64,000 nt of DNA from Tubulanus polymorphus (GCF_964204645.1 NC_134030.1:20792210-20856209); one strand, 5' to 3'. Shown: positions 24,256 to 53,694, numbered from the stretch's first letter. Numbers and translations: made by a program. The notes: generated by a model not told the origin, from the letters alone.

Positions 24256-24682
24256 CATTCAATAAATTTATTGAGATATATTTATTCAGATGTTTTTAGG
24301 TGGTCATTAGGGTCTAACTGCAGTTTGGGTCACCTATCCAATGGGTGGCGCCAAAGTGTTAATAAAGATTAGTGTTATGGGTAGGTCGGGTACATAAACC
24401 ATTAGGGACACCTAAACTGCAGTCATACAAGCTCGAATGCACTTAATTCATTGCTGAATCTCAATTCATGTTTACTAGGTTCGTATAAAATAACGGGTCG
24501 TGTAGTACTATACAAATAGTAATTTCACCCGCCGCCATTTCTAATAAACATTGCCCGTAAAGTGTCGCCACCTACAATGCATTTTCTATCTATTTACGGT
24601 CGAAAATACACGATTTAACTCGAAATCGCGAATTATTTCGATTGAAAATATATTCCAATAAATCTTCGTTGTCGGCACTTAC

Positions 24683-24790
24683 CTAAGAACGACATTTTGT
24701 GAAGATTCGACGTCGTGAAACGGGTCTAAAATCGGGTTTTAGCTCGAATTATTCACCCTCTATTTAGCCGCCATTTTCTTTAACTGCGTC
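24683..24790 (-). promoter_or_regulatory. Probable non-coding first exon/TSS of zinc-finger gene with YY1-like motif
   Basis: Donor TAG|GTAAGT at 24683/24682, AAAATGGCGGC at ~24777-24767, CpG-rich context. Confidence 0.6.
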
Positions 24791-26095
24791 GAGTCCATTG
24801 TCGGTATAGGGGTGGTAGATACGACGGAGTTCGGCGGAAATATCCGAACGATACCGAGATATGCGAGTGGTGCGATATCCCGATGAGTGGAATTTCACGG
24901 AAACGTCCGAACGATTCCGGCCGGTAGATCGGAGACCCAATCTCTTACAGGTGTAGGTGATCGTCGAAACACTGAAAATGAAACTCGATAGGCCAAACAA
25001 ACTTCGAAGAACTTATTCTCTTTTTCTCGAACTTATTGTCGTTCCGTTTCCAAAGGCTCCAACTGATTTCGAATTAAAAGAAAGACCCGCCCTGTCAAAA
25101 AGACTATGTTTTGAAAATTCATAAACCGGCGCTTTTTGTGAGTCAAAAACTTCAGTTGACCTAATTAATCCTGGCAGGTGTTTTAGCGTCTCCACCAGTG
25201 ACAGCGACGTTGCTCCACGATCCTCAGCCCTAGTGTACGCAAGAAATGTGGTCAGGACACTAGGTTCTTAGTAGTCGGAAAAATCTTTGATTCTAGGTTA
25301 AACGGCAAAACTGCTTCTAGACTGGTGTCAATACCACTGCTAGTTGCCTGCAGAGTGGGTTTGTGACGTTTTATGAATGAAATTCTGCAAAAATCGTCAA
25401 ATTAAATTTTTAAAATGTCCGTCTTGTTTTCAATCTATTAACTTTGTAAAAAGTTTTGTAAGTAAAAGTTAAAATTTCATCTCAATTTTCAATTTTACGA
25501 TTTGCAAAAAAAGTTTCTCCAATCATTTGAAATTTTACTCCTTTTTAATTTTTTTCTGAGGTTCTATATTTACACAAATTTTCATTTTTTCCCTTCTCAC
25601 TTCCCTTCAATTTTTAAAGGCCTATCAAATTTTCTTTTCATTTTCATTATTTCCCTTCGCCCTTCCACTTTTTTCTAGATATACCGCCTAACAATGTTTT
25701 AATTGTTAAGTAAAGTTTTATCCAGGTCCAGAGTTAGAATTTGACCTGGATTGGTAGTTAGCCAATCAAATAACATGTTTAAGCGATGGAATCCTTTTCT
25801 AAGACCCTTGCAACCGGGTTCATGAAACAATTAAAGCTTAAAATAGTTAAATTTGAATTTCTTCGTCCTCAGTTCCAGGTTATGTGGGCCACGATATTTC
25901 ATGGGAAATTAATGAAAATCCAAATCGAGCGAGGTCTAACTGTAACGATTACACCTAAAAATTAAAGTTTCTAACCTCGAAACCGATCCGGACCCATCAC
26001 TCGCTGAAAATCTCGATCGAAACAAAAAGAAACTCGAAACAAACTCGACATTTTATTGGAGCATGATAAAACTCTTTTTCTTTTATTACAGGTAT

Positions 26096-26131
<36 letters not shown>

Positions 26132-26605
26132 ACTCGATGATTACTGTACAATGACACAAATCAAGGGGGGTACGTTTAATGTGTATGTGTGTGTGTGTGT
26201 GTGTGCGCGCGCGATGATGTCATCCGATCAATTTACCATTGTTATATTCAATATATCGATCATTTATCTGTACACATCTACAATATAACTAATAATCATC
26301 ATCATCCTCATTAATAATAATAACAATAATAATAATAATAATAATAATATTAAAATTATTATCAATAATAATCATATAAATAATAATGATAATATCTTAA
26401 CTGAAAAAGGATCGATGGATAATTTTAACCTTGCTTTTTACAGTTATCAAAAATGCCGATCGGCAATTATAGTTATGGGTTCATCTAAATTTATTAAATG
26501 TTGCAATAGGGTGGAAGAAGGGTTTTAAAGAATATTAGACCCAACTGTCTGAAGTATGGGTATCCGTTCGGTTGTTTGGTAGGCTACTGTTGTCGGGAAA
26601 TGTAC

Positions 26606-26860
<255 letters not shown>

Positions 26861-26875
26861 TAGTTAGTTTCTAAT

Positions 26876-27431
26876 GTAGGTATCAATCTGCAGCCTCGAC
26901 CCTGCACCTTAGCTAGAAATGTGATATCTCATCGCCAACTTTCGAAATACAGTCATGTCTAAACATCACATGTGTCCAGAACTTCATCACAGACATTTCC
27001 AATTGAAAATGAACTACAAACACCAGACATTAGACATTTTATCAGCGCACTTTCAAAAACTGATCGTCCACACTTCACATGTGTTCAGAACTTCACCTGA
27101 GACATTTCTAATTGAAAATGAACTACAAACACCAGATATTAGACATTTTATGAGCACACTTTCAAAAACTGATCGTCCACACTTCACATGTGTTCAGTGC
27201 TTCACCTTCTAATTGAAAATGAACTACAAACACCAGACATTAGACATTTTATCAGCACACTTTCAAAAACTGATCGTCCACACTTCACATGTGTTCAGTA
27301 CTTCACCAGAGACATTTCTAATCGAAAAATGAACTACTATTTCGCACTTTCAAAAACTGACCGTCGAGGCCTCGCAACTAACATGAAAGAAAAGCGCTAG
27401 GTTCCAGGCTTATCACAAATTGATACCCACA
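26876..27431 (+). mobile_element. MITE with internal 109-bp repeats
   Basis: GGTATCAATCTGCAGCCT ... TCCAGGCT..ATTGATACC ends with ~3.5 internal units. Confidence 0.8.
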
Positions 27432-29054
27432 CATGAAAACGAACATTTTTCTCGAGAGAAATATTTCCCCCGGAATCACAGTCAGCGTCTACGAACCATC
27501 GGATTTCTACGAATTAAGATTCTTTCTACGTTTTTTAAGCCATTAAGATAAGATCAAACGAACCTCATCGAATTCAATCAATTACAACAGTTACCAAAAA
27601 AGACACGCTTACATCCCCCCCCCGAAAACCTTAAAATCGGGACGAGTTCTAGGCATACGCACACACAAAAAACCATTCAGAACACATTACTCGTTTCTTA
27701 AACACGTATTTTCTGTACATATAAAAACATACACAATTCATAAATAAAATCTATATTCATTCGTTCAAATTAGAATAAATTTCATTTATTAATTTCAAGC
27801 CACACGCTCGATACTCGTATTAACACGTATATATATATACTCTGTCGAGAAGGATTGGCACCTAGAGCCAGTTGTTGGTATTAGTAAAACCGTTCGAAAC
27901 TCTTGGTGACAATTGATAAAACTGCATGCATTGTTATAAAGCGGTACTTAATACGAACTGGTCAAAACTGAAACCGACTTTTCAACTACTAGGCTCCGAC
28001 GACATCTGCCACGTTCCTCGGCGCACGGATTCGAACCTGATGACATCGCGAGAATCTATCAGGTTTGTCCCTTGCGGAGATTTGAACCCGACGGCATCGA
28101 AATGCTCTGCCTCGTTTTTCCGTCGCAGGGAACCCGATGACATCGTGAGACTCTGCCATATTCTTCCTTCGCAGGGATTCGGACACCGAAGAACGCGGCA
28201 AAGTCTCGCGATGTCGTCAGGTTCAAATCCCCGCAAGGGAGGAACTTGGCACAGTCTCGTAGAGGCCATAGCTGAAATTATTATCTTTTTACGAATTCGA
28301 ACCAAATCTTAGTAGGGTAGGGTTTAGTAGCACGGCAGCAACTATGCACCACAGTACGTTCATCATCATACACCACCACTGCAAACATTTGGCTTCGAAA
28401 GAGAACGTCAAAAATCTTTACAACAATACGACATTTCAGTGACGACCAAGTCCTCGCGGACATTGCCGAATTACAATCTGATTTCTAAAAAATTTCCATT
28501 AGTTTTATTAAGAACATTGCCGTTGGATAGTTAAAAATAGTGCCGCTCGAAATCGGCGAAAATATACAACTGATGAAAATAACTTGTCAAAACGCGCGCC
28601 GCCACCTACTGGTAGACGGATGAATGACAGCAGCAGACGCGGGCCAGGGAGAATAACTGTATAAATAATTGATTATAATGTCCGATCTAACTAATGGGGT
28701 ACCGGCACACCAGCTATACCCATCAGATGGCGCCACTTAAGATACCAGACAAACTCGTCTTCAAAATTAGTTCGTTTTCAAGTAACTTTGATCTCAATTA
28801 TCGGTCTTCCAATCCTAAAATTAGGCAAATCAAGCAGCGAAAAAAACTTTGATTGGACTTAAAGAGTTCATATGTGGCACGATTTTCATAGATGTTAGCG
28901 ACACCTGGCGGATGATGCCGGTAACCCATTATATTTGACTGTTTAGAGGGAGAACTTATCAATGACTATATATTCTATCAAACATCTATAATATTCGTAA
29001 TGAAGAATACCCGTAATTAACATTACTGGTATGAACACATTCGCAGCCGACTGC

Positions 29055-29355
29055 CGAGATATCTCGAATCTCCAGTTCTGCCACCATTGCAACTATGAGA
29101 TATCTCGAATCTCCAGTTCTGCCACCATTGCAACTACGAAATATCTCGGAATCTCCAGTTCTGCCACCTATTGCAACAGCGAGATATCTTGAATTTCTAG
29201 TTCTGCCACCATTGCAACAACGAGATATCTCGATTATCCAGTTCTGCCACCATTGCAACTACGAAATATCTCGGAATCTCCAGTTCTGCCACCTATTGCA
29301 ACAGCGAGATATCTCGAATTTCCAGCTCTGCCACCATTGCAACTATGAGATATCT
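29055..29355. repeat. ~40-bp minisatellite, ~7 copies
   Basis: GAGATATCTCGAATCTCCAGTTCTGCCACCATTGCAAC repeated. Confidence 0.92.
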
Positions 29356-30138
29356 CATAGCTGATCCTCTAATTCACTGTTTGATATACGCACTCAGGCA
29401 CACGGGGAATAACAGAGTTCCTGATTATTGGCTGGCAATTGGCTGAACGAACTCGGCTTCAGGCAGCGAACGTGTTAAAATAAATAAATGACAGGATGCT
29501 GTATAAGAAATATGACGATATAACTAAAGGCGACACAATTTTCTCTTCGCCCCGAGAATCTCTGCTATATCCATTCGACTTACTGATTAAAAACTGTGGA
29601 GAATTGTTGGTACTACGAAGGCACCAATCCGAAAAATTGCCCACTTCGACCAGCCACAGTGCGCATAAGCTTAAAATTTCATACCGAAGGGGTGAAAATC
29701 AGCCAACTCTCGCGTTAACGACTTATGTACCTTAAAGAACGGCTCAAAGCCCCACAGGCCCCGATCCCACAAAGATTTTCAACACGGAATAAACATTTTT
29801 CAGACGTCGAAATGTAATCTACATATCCACTACGAAATTCGAAGCTAATTTTTACAAAGCATTTTATAAATTCCACGACGTGCTCCGGGACACAAGCGCG
29901 CATTCGACAAAGTGAAATTCATAAAAAATTTTGGCATTTAGTTCATTTTTAGTAATACATACAACCGCGGGACCGATGAATCCGTTACGAGCAAAAAGGG
30001 AATTGCGATGGGTCATCCATCTCGTGAACGGGAGTAGGAAGATTTTTAAAATATCGACGGGGCACGCGACAACCTGTGGCAACTCAAGACTACTCATGGA
30101 TGCATTAACGTGAGATACGCCCGTGGTCTATTGAACCG

Positions 30139-30440
30139 GTATAGTTCTATATACGGCGGAAGCTCGTAACAACGAACTTCAGGGCACCAGAAAATCTGTT
30201 CGTTATAACCGATAGTTCTATATACAGCGGAACCTCGTTACAACGAACTTCAGGAGACCAGAAAATCTGTTCGTTATAACCGATAGTTCTATATACAGCG
30301 GAACCTCGTTACAACGAACTTGAGGAGACCAGAAAATCTGTTTGTTATAACCGATAGTTCTATATACAGCGGAACCTCGTTACAACGAACTTCAGGAGAC
30401 CAGAAAATCTGTTCGTTATAACCGATAGTTCGTTGTATCC
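30139..30440 (+). repeat. 71-bp MITE-end tandem array, ~4 copies
   Basis: Same unit as 4368-5010. Confidence 0.9.
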
Positions 30441-30868
30441 GGTATGAAACTTAATAAATTGTCCCCCTAAACTTGAAACTAAGACAGTGCGATGTATAAA
30501 TCGGTAATGGCTTGTACGCCGCATAACGGTGTACTGATGTTATCAGTAATTACCGGGTAGTTACTCATATGTGTCGAGCGATGGCAACACCTGTCAATAA
30601 TGTTGAAACATTAGTTACTAAAAATACACCGCACCACGGCACAGATGCATCGAAGAGGTGTGCTAGCTATACATCGCACCGGGGAGGAAAATGTTAAAAT
30701 TATCGCCAGCATTTTTGGGTATTAATTAGTCGGCACTGAAAGGGTTAAACATGTTAGGATGAGGTTTTGCTGTATTTGGCTATTTTTGCAGGGCATTCAT
30801 AAAACAATACTAGGCTCGGTCCCTCCCTTATTTTCTTCAAATTAAAATCTCAAAAAGAAAACTAAATG

Positions 30869-30943
<75 letters not shown>
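30869..30943. repeat. (TA)n microsatellite
   Basis: Seen directly. Confidence 0.99.
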
Positions 30944-30944
<1 letters not shown>

Positions 30945-31787
30945 CAAACATACGTTATATCCGCACGCAGGGGCCGGAAAATTAACCAACTAAGAAATTC
31001 ACCGTTACGAAACTTTATCGTCTGTACATTTTGATTAAATAAAACCACCAAAAAAAAATGACAATCACCATTTCGCGCCCCCTCAGATCATATTTGACTA
31101 GAACTCTTTCGGGAACAGCTCCGTGTAAAACAGGGGAACGAAGGGCGAGGGTTTTCTTTCGAGGAAAACCCTCCGATGGCTATGGACTGCGCGATCGTCT
31201 AAATAAAACCCATCCCCCACGCGGCAGGGGCTCGAACCTCGTGGCATCGCCAATCACCATCTGTTTAAATATCCCACGCGCACAGCTTAGATGATGTCGT
31301 TATCTGGGCCAATCAGAAATCGCTTTTTATCTTAGCCCGGTCGTCCAAAAATAAAATCATCCGCGAATTTGCCTCAGCAATTATTCAACAGGCAATCTGA
31401 TCGGTCAAATTTTTACCGCCTTACCAAAGAAAATTAACGGGCAATTTTTCAAAAGAACTTTCCAGAAAATACTCAATGCATACGATTAAATATCCGAAAC
31501 AGCACTCAGGATCCCGAGGAAAAAATTGTTTGCGGCAAATCCTCATGAAACTTAACCTGATAAGACGTTTGAAAAATTTTTTTTTCGAATTTTTCCCCGT
31601 CTTTCCAAGAAGGGCATTTCGGATATTTTGGGTGCCTCACGACGCGAGGCATGCGAGGTACCCTCTGGGGTTTCGAGACACCATCGGGTTCGAATTCCTG
31701 CCGATGGAGGATGAATAAAACCTGAACTGAAATTTCTCAATTCGCTTTCCATCGCGCTGAGAAGAATTTCAGATTTTAATCATTTTC

Positions 31788-31900
<113 letters not shown>

Positions 31901-33414
31901 TCATATATACGTAATTAAATATAATCTTCGTATTATACACAAGTGCTGCCACCTATACAAAAACTTGCGGTCGTCACCAAAAAAAAAAAAAAAAAAAAAA
32001 TCAAAACCAAAATAAACGCGGCAGTGAGCAACAACGATGCGATTCCGGGACGCGCCGAGCCCGCGATTCACATTTCCGTGGCAACAACAAACAGACACAA
32101 TTATCATAATCGAACGCGCGTGCATACCACGTACGAGTACATAAATTATGTAAATCAGTATAATTCGCATTAACGACGCCTCATTATAATAATAATAATC
32201 ATAATATCAATAATTATAATAATAATTTACATTTTTCCCCCCTGTTTGTTTAAAAAGCACCGATGCCCGACGACAACTTTTTACGCGAGTCATCGACCCC
32301 TCCGTTATTTTTTTTCTCGCTAAGATAATTAATATTATTTCTTCTTCAATTTCAATAAAAACGACTTTCATTAATAATCTTTTAACTCTTTTTTTTTACT
32401 AATTCATTAATTTAAACACACGCGCAGTATATACGCAGTAGTAGTAGTAGTAATAGCATATATTCACATATCACAAAATTCGGTCCAATCCGAGATGAAC
32501 GTTTTCGTTCGTTCGTTTCGTCATCTCGACCTCACACGAGTTAAAAAAAAAACAAAACAAACAAAACCCGGCGAAATTATCGTCTGGCGCCCGGTTTTAA
32601 TTCGTTTTTTGCGTCGTATGTTTATTTTCTTCGTAATAAATATCCGAGTATCATCTGAACCGCGCGCGACTCCTCGGCTGAACGCGACGATTTCTCCCGA
32701 GCCTGTCTCGCGACGGCGTCTCCGCGCACCCGCGTAAAAAAAAAAAAAAAACTCGACACAATTAACAAACGCATGATATATAAAACTTTTTCGCCATCTT
32801 GAAAACTCGGCACACGCGTAACTCCACCGAGTGCGCACGTCGTACTTTACGACATCATTTTCGACTATGACTCAATAATTCCGGCGTCGTCGTCAGCGTC
32901 GCGTGTCTACCGTCGAATCGCGATCACTTCTTAAAAACCTGACATCGTTAAAAATTTCCGGTCACGTCGTTAATTCCGCACGGCGTCGCATTTGATTCCG
33001 CTCCGGCGATTCCGCATTCAACTCCGCGGTTGTATTTCCGAGCTGCGGTTGTTTATTCCGACGCGCGATCGCTTAAAATCCGAATAAATCCTCACGCCGC
33101 GAGTCGCCGAATCTAAAATCTTCCGGCGCCGCCATCGCGATATCGGCGCCGTCGCGAGCGCCGCAAAAACGTACGCGTCCGCAAGATTTAGTTTTAGAAT
33201 CACCAGAACTTCGACGGGTAGAGAGGTAGGGGGCGTCTCTCGCGTATTCCTGTAGTCCCGAAACCCGTAGTTCCGATAACAGTTCGCTTTAAGTGATTAC
33301 GCGCCCCCCCCCCCCCGCGAGCGAGTTCATGCTCAAATTTTTTTCGCTTCGTAAAATCGTTTAATTTTTATTCTCTATAAATAAGTTGTTTTTTTTTCCG
33401 CGTTCGCGTGGCTC

Positions 33415-47338
<13,924 letters not shown>

Positions 47339-48954
47339 GATTGAATCCTGTCTCTCGATTCCCTCGTCCTCGGACCCTCAGATTCTAACGCCTCGTACCG
47401 CCGTCTTCTATTCGCATCGGTTGAGAAAAACTTACTCGCTGCTATTCGTAAAATCTCGAAGGTTTATTATTACATCCCGGACTGATTCAGTCGTTTTCTG
47501 TCGTCTCCTTACTCAACAAACCACACCCGCGATTCAAGCCTGATTTTCGCCCGGTTCGACCCTTTAAAACGCGTCGATTCCGGTCTATCCGACGCTCGTG
47601 ATTCGGCTGATTCGATCTGACGTGATTCGACTGTGACCCGCCCGAAAACTGCGGCGATTTACAGCATTTTAGCCCGTCGAAAAACAGTGTCTAGTGTTTG
47701 GTTTCCAATGGCTGCTCTCTCTACAATGACGGAGAAATGGCGACCATTCGGCGAACATCGGTGATGTCCGTAACCGCTCGGTGGATAACGGTTTCGGCCG
47801 AGCGGTGACGGAGTTTACCGGATCGATCGGTTTCTCCCGAACGGTGACGGAGTTTACCGATTAGCCGATATACCCCGAGAAGAGATGTACTTAACCGATG
47901 CATCGATTCTATTCAGTGGTTCTAATACTGAGTTAATTTATATTTTTGGTTTGGACACTCGGACCACACTCGAAATCGAATTTCTCTGATTGGCCCGGTA
48001 GACTGTAGAGCCCGGTAACCAGTCTACTGGTTCGACGGTCTTGTTTATGCTATTCTGTATGAATAACACATGTGTAATGTATGTGGTATTTTCTCATTTA
48101 AAATTTTTTAACTTGTGTTTTGTGTATTGTATTTTATTATTTCAAAATTTGTAAATTTATTGAATTTGGGAATCTGATGCGTATTGTAGACGTCCGCGAA
48201 TGTTCCGGGTTGTGTGGGTGGGTCCGGTTCCGATTATTTAGTTCCAAGGTTATCCAATAGACAGCAGACCAGTCGCAAAAATTAGCTGTTTCTTACTTCT
48301 AGCTAGTTAGACTAATTCATAGATAAATATATGGTGAATTTTAAATGATTTTAATTATTTAGAGTATTAAGAATTCATCGGTAGAATTGAAACGCATTTC
48401 ATTCTGATTTTCAGAGGATTTTTTCAGATCAGTTCCAAGGTCTTTTGATAGATGGCGTATAAGTAGCTGCTGATGAATGCTACACACCTCACATGTGGAG
48501 CCGGTAGATCACGTAGGCCGAATTTCATTACAGCTAAGATCCACACATCTACGGCTTATTGTCACAATTTGGATGATTTAACGCAATAATTATCGATGAT
48601 ATAGAAGTGAAGTTGGTTTCGAGGGTGAGTTAGATTTCTTAATTCTCTCCTCCGACTGCGAGAATCATTATTAGAATTGAATCTGAAATGATTGTTGTCT
48701 TGAAGAAGGACATTTTTTCTGCCCCCGTGCCCCCGCCCCATCTCTTTTTGATTGCGCGTTGCTGGTTTTTTACTTAGGGACAAACTGTTATTAAGGGCAA
48801 GGCATGGTCATTGACAAACTGATGTAAATAAAACCGGGTCATTGACAAAATGGGGTAGGCCTAATAGAATTAGACAAATCATCATCTGGCATCTGCGTGG
48901 GTTAGGCGCCCCAGCTTGGTTTTTACTAACACTATCAACTTACCTGTAATATAG

Positions 48955-49385
48955 CACTGGGTCAGTGGCAACCTGGGGTAAGGCTGGGTCAGTGACAGTG
49001 ATGAACAAACTGTGGTAATTAAGTCCGGGTCAGTGACAAACTTGGGTAATTAAGCCTGGGTCAGTGGTGACAAACTGGGGTAATTAAGCCTGGGTCAGTG
49101 GCAAACTGGGGTAATTAAGCTTGAGCGAGTGACAAACTGGGGTAATTAAGCTTGGGTCAGTGACAAACTGGGGTAATTAAGCCTGGGTCAGTGGCAAACT
49201 GGGGTAATTAAGGCTGGGTCAGTGACAAACTTGGGTAATTAAGCCTGGGTCAGTGACAAACTGGGGTAATTAAGCCTGGGTCAGTGGCAAACTGGGGTAA
49301 TTAAGGCTGGGTCAGTAACAGCTGGTAACAAGATACTGGGAGGTAATTAAGGCTGGGTCTGTGGCAAACTGGGGAAATTTAGGCT
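48955..49385. repeat. 31-bp minisatellite, ~12 copies
   Basis: CCTGGGTCAGTGGCAAACTGGGGTAATTAAG unit. Confidence 0.93.
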
Positions 49386-49722
49386 AGCTGTCCCGTCAGT
49401 AAATAACTGGGTGGGGGGGGGGTCATTAAGACTGCTTTCTGGTTTTTTTTAAGAGCTCAACTTTCACACAAAATATCAAAATGGAAATGTTCTCTAAATG
49501 AAAATCACTTCTTGTTCACTTCCAATTAGGCATAAACTATTTCCGATGAAATAATTTTTGATTCATTTATTTCGTAACTAAGAAATTTGTCGATACAATT
49601 CCTGATTTTAAGGCTGAAATGAAACATATTTTATTAGCCACATATGTTGTCGCTCGGTCCGATTAAAATCAAACTCACCACTTCGCGTGACGTTTACCAG
49701 ACATAAGCTATGACGTGAATGA

Positions 49723-49727
<5 letters not shown>

Positions 49728-49817
<90 letters not shown>
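49728..49817. repeat. (TA)n microsatellite
   Basis: Seen directly. Confidence 0.99.
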
Positions 49818-49819
<2 letters not shown>

Positions 49820-50230
49820 CCGATGCAGCTGTTGAAATGAAATGTTTAATCAGTTTCCGATGATAAATAGATTTCGATAGGAATTCGTTATCGAGGATTT
49901 GAGACTATTTAATCATCGGGCGACTGATCGAGAATTTAATAATAAGTCAGCTGCGTAAACAAATGGATACCGATTGTAAGCTGCGAGTTTGCAAAACGAT
50001 CCTTCCCCCCATAGAATAAACGCGCTTATAATTACTGTTGTTTATTAGTATTCAAGCATTTGTTGATGTAAGTAATCGATCTTTCTGGTTATGATATACG
50101 ATAAGTAGATATTAATTTTATGGATTCGTCAAGTCAGTTGGTCGTTGCTCGTCTCCACGCTGAGCTCTGTTGTAGTGTAAACCTCATTAGTGTTCAGGTG
50201 TAATTAATCTCCGGTAGGCCTGATATATGT

Positions 50231-50342
50231 TATATAACACCGACTCATTGTATCTGTCTGGTTGAAGCTGGCGACCTAGTGCAGTCTCTGAACTGGAAAA
50301 TATTAGCGCTCTCACATCTTGGCTATACCTCACTTTTTCAAG
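50231..50342 (+). promoter_or_regulatory. Possible TATA box and non-coding first exon of ENPP6-like gene
   Basis: TATATAA at 50231 and donor AAG|GTATGT at 50342/50343. No direct proof. Confidence 0.35.
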
Positions 50343-50423
50343 GTATGTTTTTCTTCTTTTTTTGGCAAATTAGATTTGATCAAGTTCCAAAGTTGTATGG
50401 GGTAGATTTGATTTGGGGTTAGA

Positions 50424-51165
50424 CAGTTGTGATGGTTTAATTTGACTCTGAACTCAGTTCCACACAGTTGTGTTGGTTTAATTTGACTCTGAACTCAGTT
50501 CCACAGTTGTGTTGGTTTAATTAGCCTCAGAACTCAGTTCCACAGTTGTGAGGGTTTAATTTGACTCTGAACTCAGTTCCACAGTTGTGTTTGTTTAATT
50601 AGCCTCAGAACTCAGTTCCACAGTTGTGAGGGTTTAATTTTACTCTGAACTCAGTTCCACAGTTGTGTTGGTTTAATTAGCCTCAGAACTCTGTTCCACA
50701 GTTGTGAGGGTTTAATTAGCCTCAGAACTCAGTTCCACAGTTGTGTGGGTTTAATTTGACTCTGAACTCAGTTCCACAGTTGTGTTGGTTTAATTAGCCT
50801 CAGAACTCAGTTCCACAGTTGTGAGGGTTTAATTTGACTCTGAATTCAGTTCCACAGTTGTGTGGGTTTAATTTGCCTCTGAACTCAGTTCCACAACTTT
50901 GTGTTGGTTTAATTTGACTCAGATCCCAGTTCCACGCAGTTGTGTGAGTTTAATTTGACTCTGAACTCATTTCCACAGTTGTGTGAGTTCAATTTGACTT
51001 TGGACCCAGTTCCACAGTTGTGTTGATTAATTTGCCTCTGAACTCAGTTCCACAGTCGTGTGGGTTTAATTTGACTCTGAACCCAGTTCCACACAGTTGT
51101 GTTGGCTTAATTTGACTCTGTTGTGCGGGTTCAATAATTGACTCAGGAACCCAGTAGCACAGTTG
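50424..51165. repeat. 39-41-bp satellite built from the TIR of the ~110-bp MITE
   Basis: CTGAACTCAGTTCCACAGTTGTG..GGTTTAATTTGACT, ~18 copies. Confidence 0.92.
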
Positions 51166-52187
51166 TACAGGATTCCACTAGATTTCTTAGATAGACCCTA
51201 TGAATCGGAATAATCTAGTTATCAGCCAGTAAAAAGCTCGCAAGGCCTCAACGAAATATCCCAGACGTGAATTACGTATGATCAGGTTTTTTGCCAGGTC
51301 ATGTTTTGTGTAATATTTTCATGTATTCAGACAGTAATGTATTTTTTAATGAATGAGTGACAGTAGACGATTGAACCAGTCAGTCTATTAATACCTACCG
51401 GTAACACACTGACAGCTCCTAGTTCTACTCTGTGTACAGTTAGACTACAGTTAGACTACCTACAATATTGTGTTTTATGGAGGTAGGTTAGAATGCGGGG
51501 GCCTCTTTTATTCTTTATCTCGCTATACTCTTAGTTTTTGAAGTAATTAACTTTTACAGCCTAGTAACGCGTACGTTAACCCGAAAGACTTGAATATTAC
51601 AAGCCTTGCAGCATAATTTCTCTTTTCTACTTTCAATGTTTACTTTTTCCTTATAATTCCGCGTCCTTACGACCCATTGATTCCTTGAAACCTATTGCAA
51701 TTCGAGCAAAATGCGCGAAAACTCATTCAATTTTGAAAAATAGTCGATTAAAAATGTTTGTAGTTGTACACTAGACTACGCTTGCTAAATCAATAAATTT
51801 GGGAAGGGTTTTTCTTACCCAATCAATGAATTAGCAGAAGCAGAATAGAAATTTAGATTAGGTAGGACTAGTGTATAGGTTGATATTTTAATTTTACGAA
51901 ATTACAAAACCAACGAATTAATAGTTTAAACAGTACATCCAGATAAAGAGTATCGATTTAGGAGGATTCTACTGAAATTATTACTGTAAATTGGTGAAGT
52001 GCGGATATTTCCTCAAAATTTGAAAATGTCTCCTTTAAAACTCATGATCTGTGGGGAACCTTAATTGATTGATTATTAGTAATGACTAGTTTTTATTCAG
52101 GGTTAAGCTTATGGTTAGGTTAGGTTAGGTACGTATACGTACATTAATTCATAAGGGACACCTAAACTGCTGTAGTTGCTACTTTGT

Positions 52188-53432
52188 TGATGTCCCACTG
52201 CACACTAGCGACACCTGGTGGATCCTCACTTGCCACAAGAGGAAAGTTTTCTGAAGTAGTCGATGTTTTACTGCACATTAGCGACAACTGGTGGATCCTC
52301 ACTTGCTACTAGTGGAATCCTCTATTGTTGCAGTAGTTGATGTCCTACTGCACACTAGCGACACCTGGTGGATCCTCACTTGCCACAAGAGGAAAGTTTT
52401 CTGAAGTAGTCGATGTTTTACTGCACATTAGCGACAACTGGTGGATCCTCACTTGCTACTAGTGGAATCCTCTATTGTTGCAGTAGTTGATGTCCTACTG
52501 CACACTAGCGACGCCTGGTGGATCCTCACTTGCTACAAAGGGAATCCTCTATTGCTGCAGTAGTTGATGTCCTCCTTCACACTAGTGACACCTCACTTGC
52601 TACTAGTGGAATCCTCTATTGTTGCAGTAGTTGATGTCCTACTGCACACTAGCGACACCTGGTGGATCCTCACTTGCTACAAGTGGAATCCTCTATTGCC
52701 GCAGTAGTCGATGTTTTACTGCACACTAGCGACGCCTGGTGGATCCTAACTTGCTACAAGTGGAATCCTCTAATGCTGCAGTAGTCGATGTTTTACTGCA
52801 CACTAGCGACAACTGGTGGATCCACACTTGCTACAAGTGGAATATTTTATTGCCGCAGTAGTTGATGTCCTACTGCACACTAGCGACACCTGGTGGATCC
52901 TCACTTACCACAAAGGGAATCCTCTATTGCTGCAGTAGTTGATGTCCTACTGCACACTAGCGACGCCTGGTGGATCCTCACTTGCTACAAAGGGAATCCT
53001 CTATTGCTGCAGTAGTTGATGTCCTCCTTCACACTAGTGACACCTCACTTGCTACTAGTGGAATCCTCTATTGTTGCAGTAGTTGATGTCCTACTGCACA
53101 CTAGCGACACCTGGTGGATCCTCACTTGCTACAAGTGGAATCCTCTATTGCCGCAGTAGTCGATGTTTTACTGCACACTAGCGACGCCTGGTGGATCCTC
53201 ACTTGCTACAAGTGGAATCCTCTAATGCTGCAGTAGTCGATGTTTTACTGCACACTAGCGACAACTGGTGGATCCACACTTGCTACAAGTGGAATATTTT
53301 ATTGCCGCAGTAGTTGATGTCCTACTGCACACTAGCGACACCTGGTGGATCCTCACTTACCACAAAGGGAATCCTCTATTGCTGCAGTAGTTGATGTCCT
53401 ACTGCACACTAGCGACACCTGGTGGATCCCCA
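52188..53432 (-). repeat. 78-bp CTCF-motif satellite, ~16 copies with higher-order duplication
   Basis: CACTAGCGACACCTGGTGGATCCTCACTTGC units ending ~60 bp before the ENPP6 first coding exon. Confidence 0.96.
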
Positions 53433-53597
53433 CTTAGAATCCTCTATTTGAATAGTTGTATTCTGATCAATATTTCTGTGATTGTATTTTTCAGCGTATC
53501 GTTGTTGTCTCTCGTCAAGTCTCCGATGAACGCCGCTGATACTACGACTAACGCCACCTATGATGTACGCCAGCCGGTCGGGCGCCACACCTCGTCG

Positions 53598-53694
53598 ATG
53601 GCGCGATATCTCTGCCCGTATTTCCTGTGCATGTTGCTGCTAGCGTATTTACAGCATACGCTAGCCGCGCCCGCTGCATCGCCTAGCAACAGTC

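Noticed and set aside
32850-32898. Minus-strand CTGACGA...GAAA hammerhead-like spacing
   Set aside because: Only a 3-bp stem II and no credible stems I/III.
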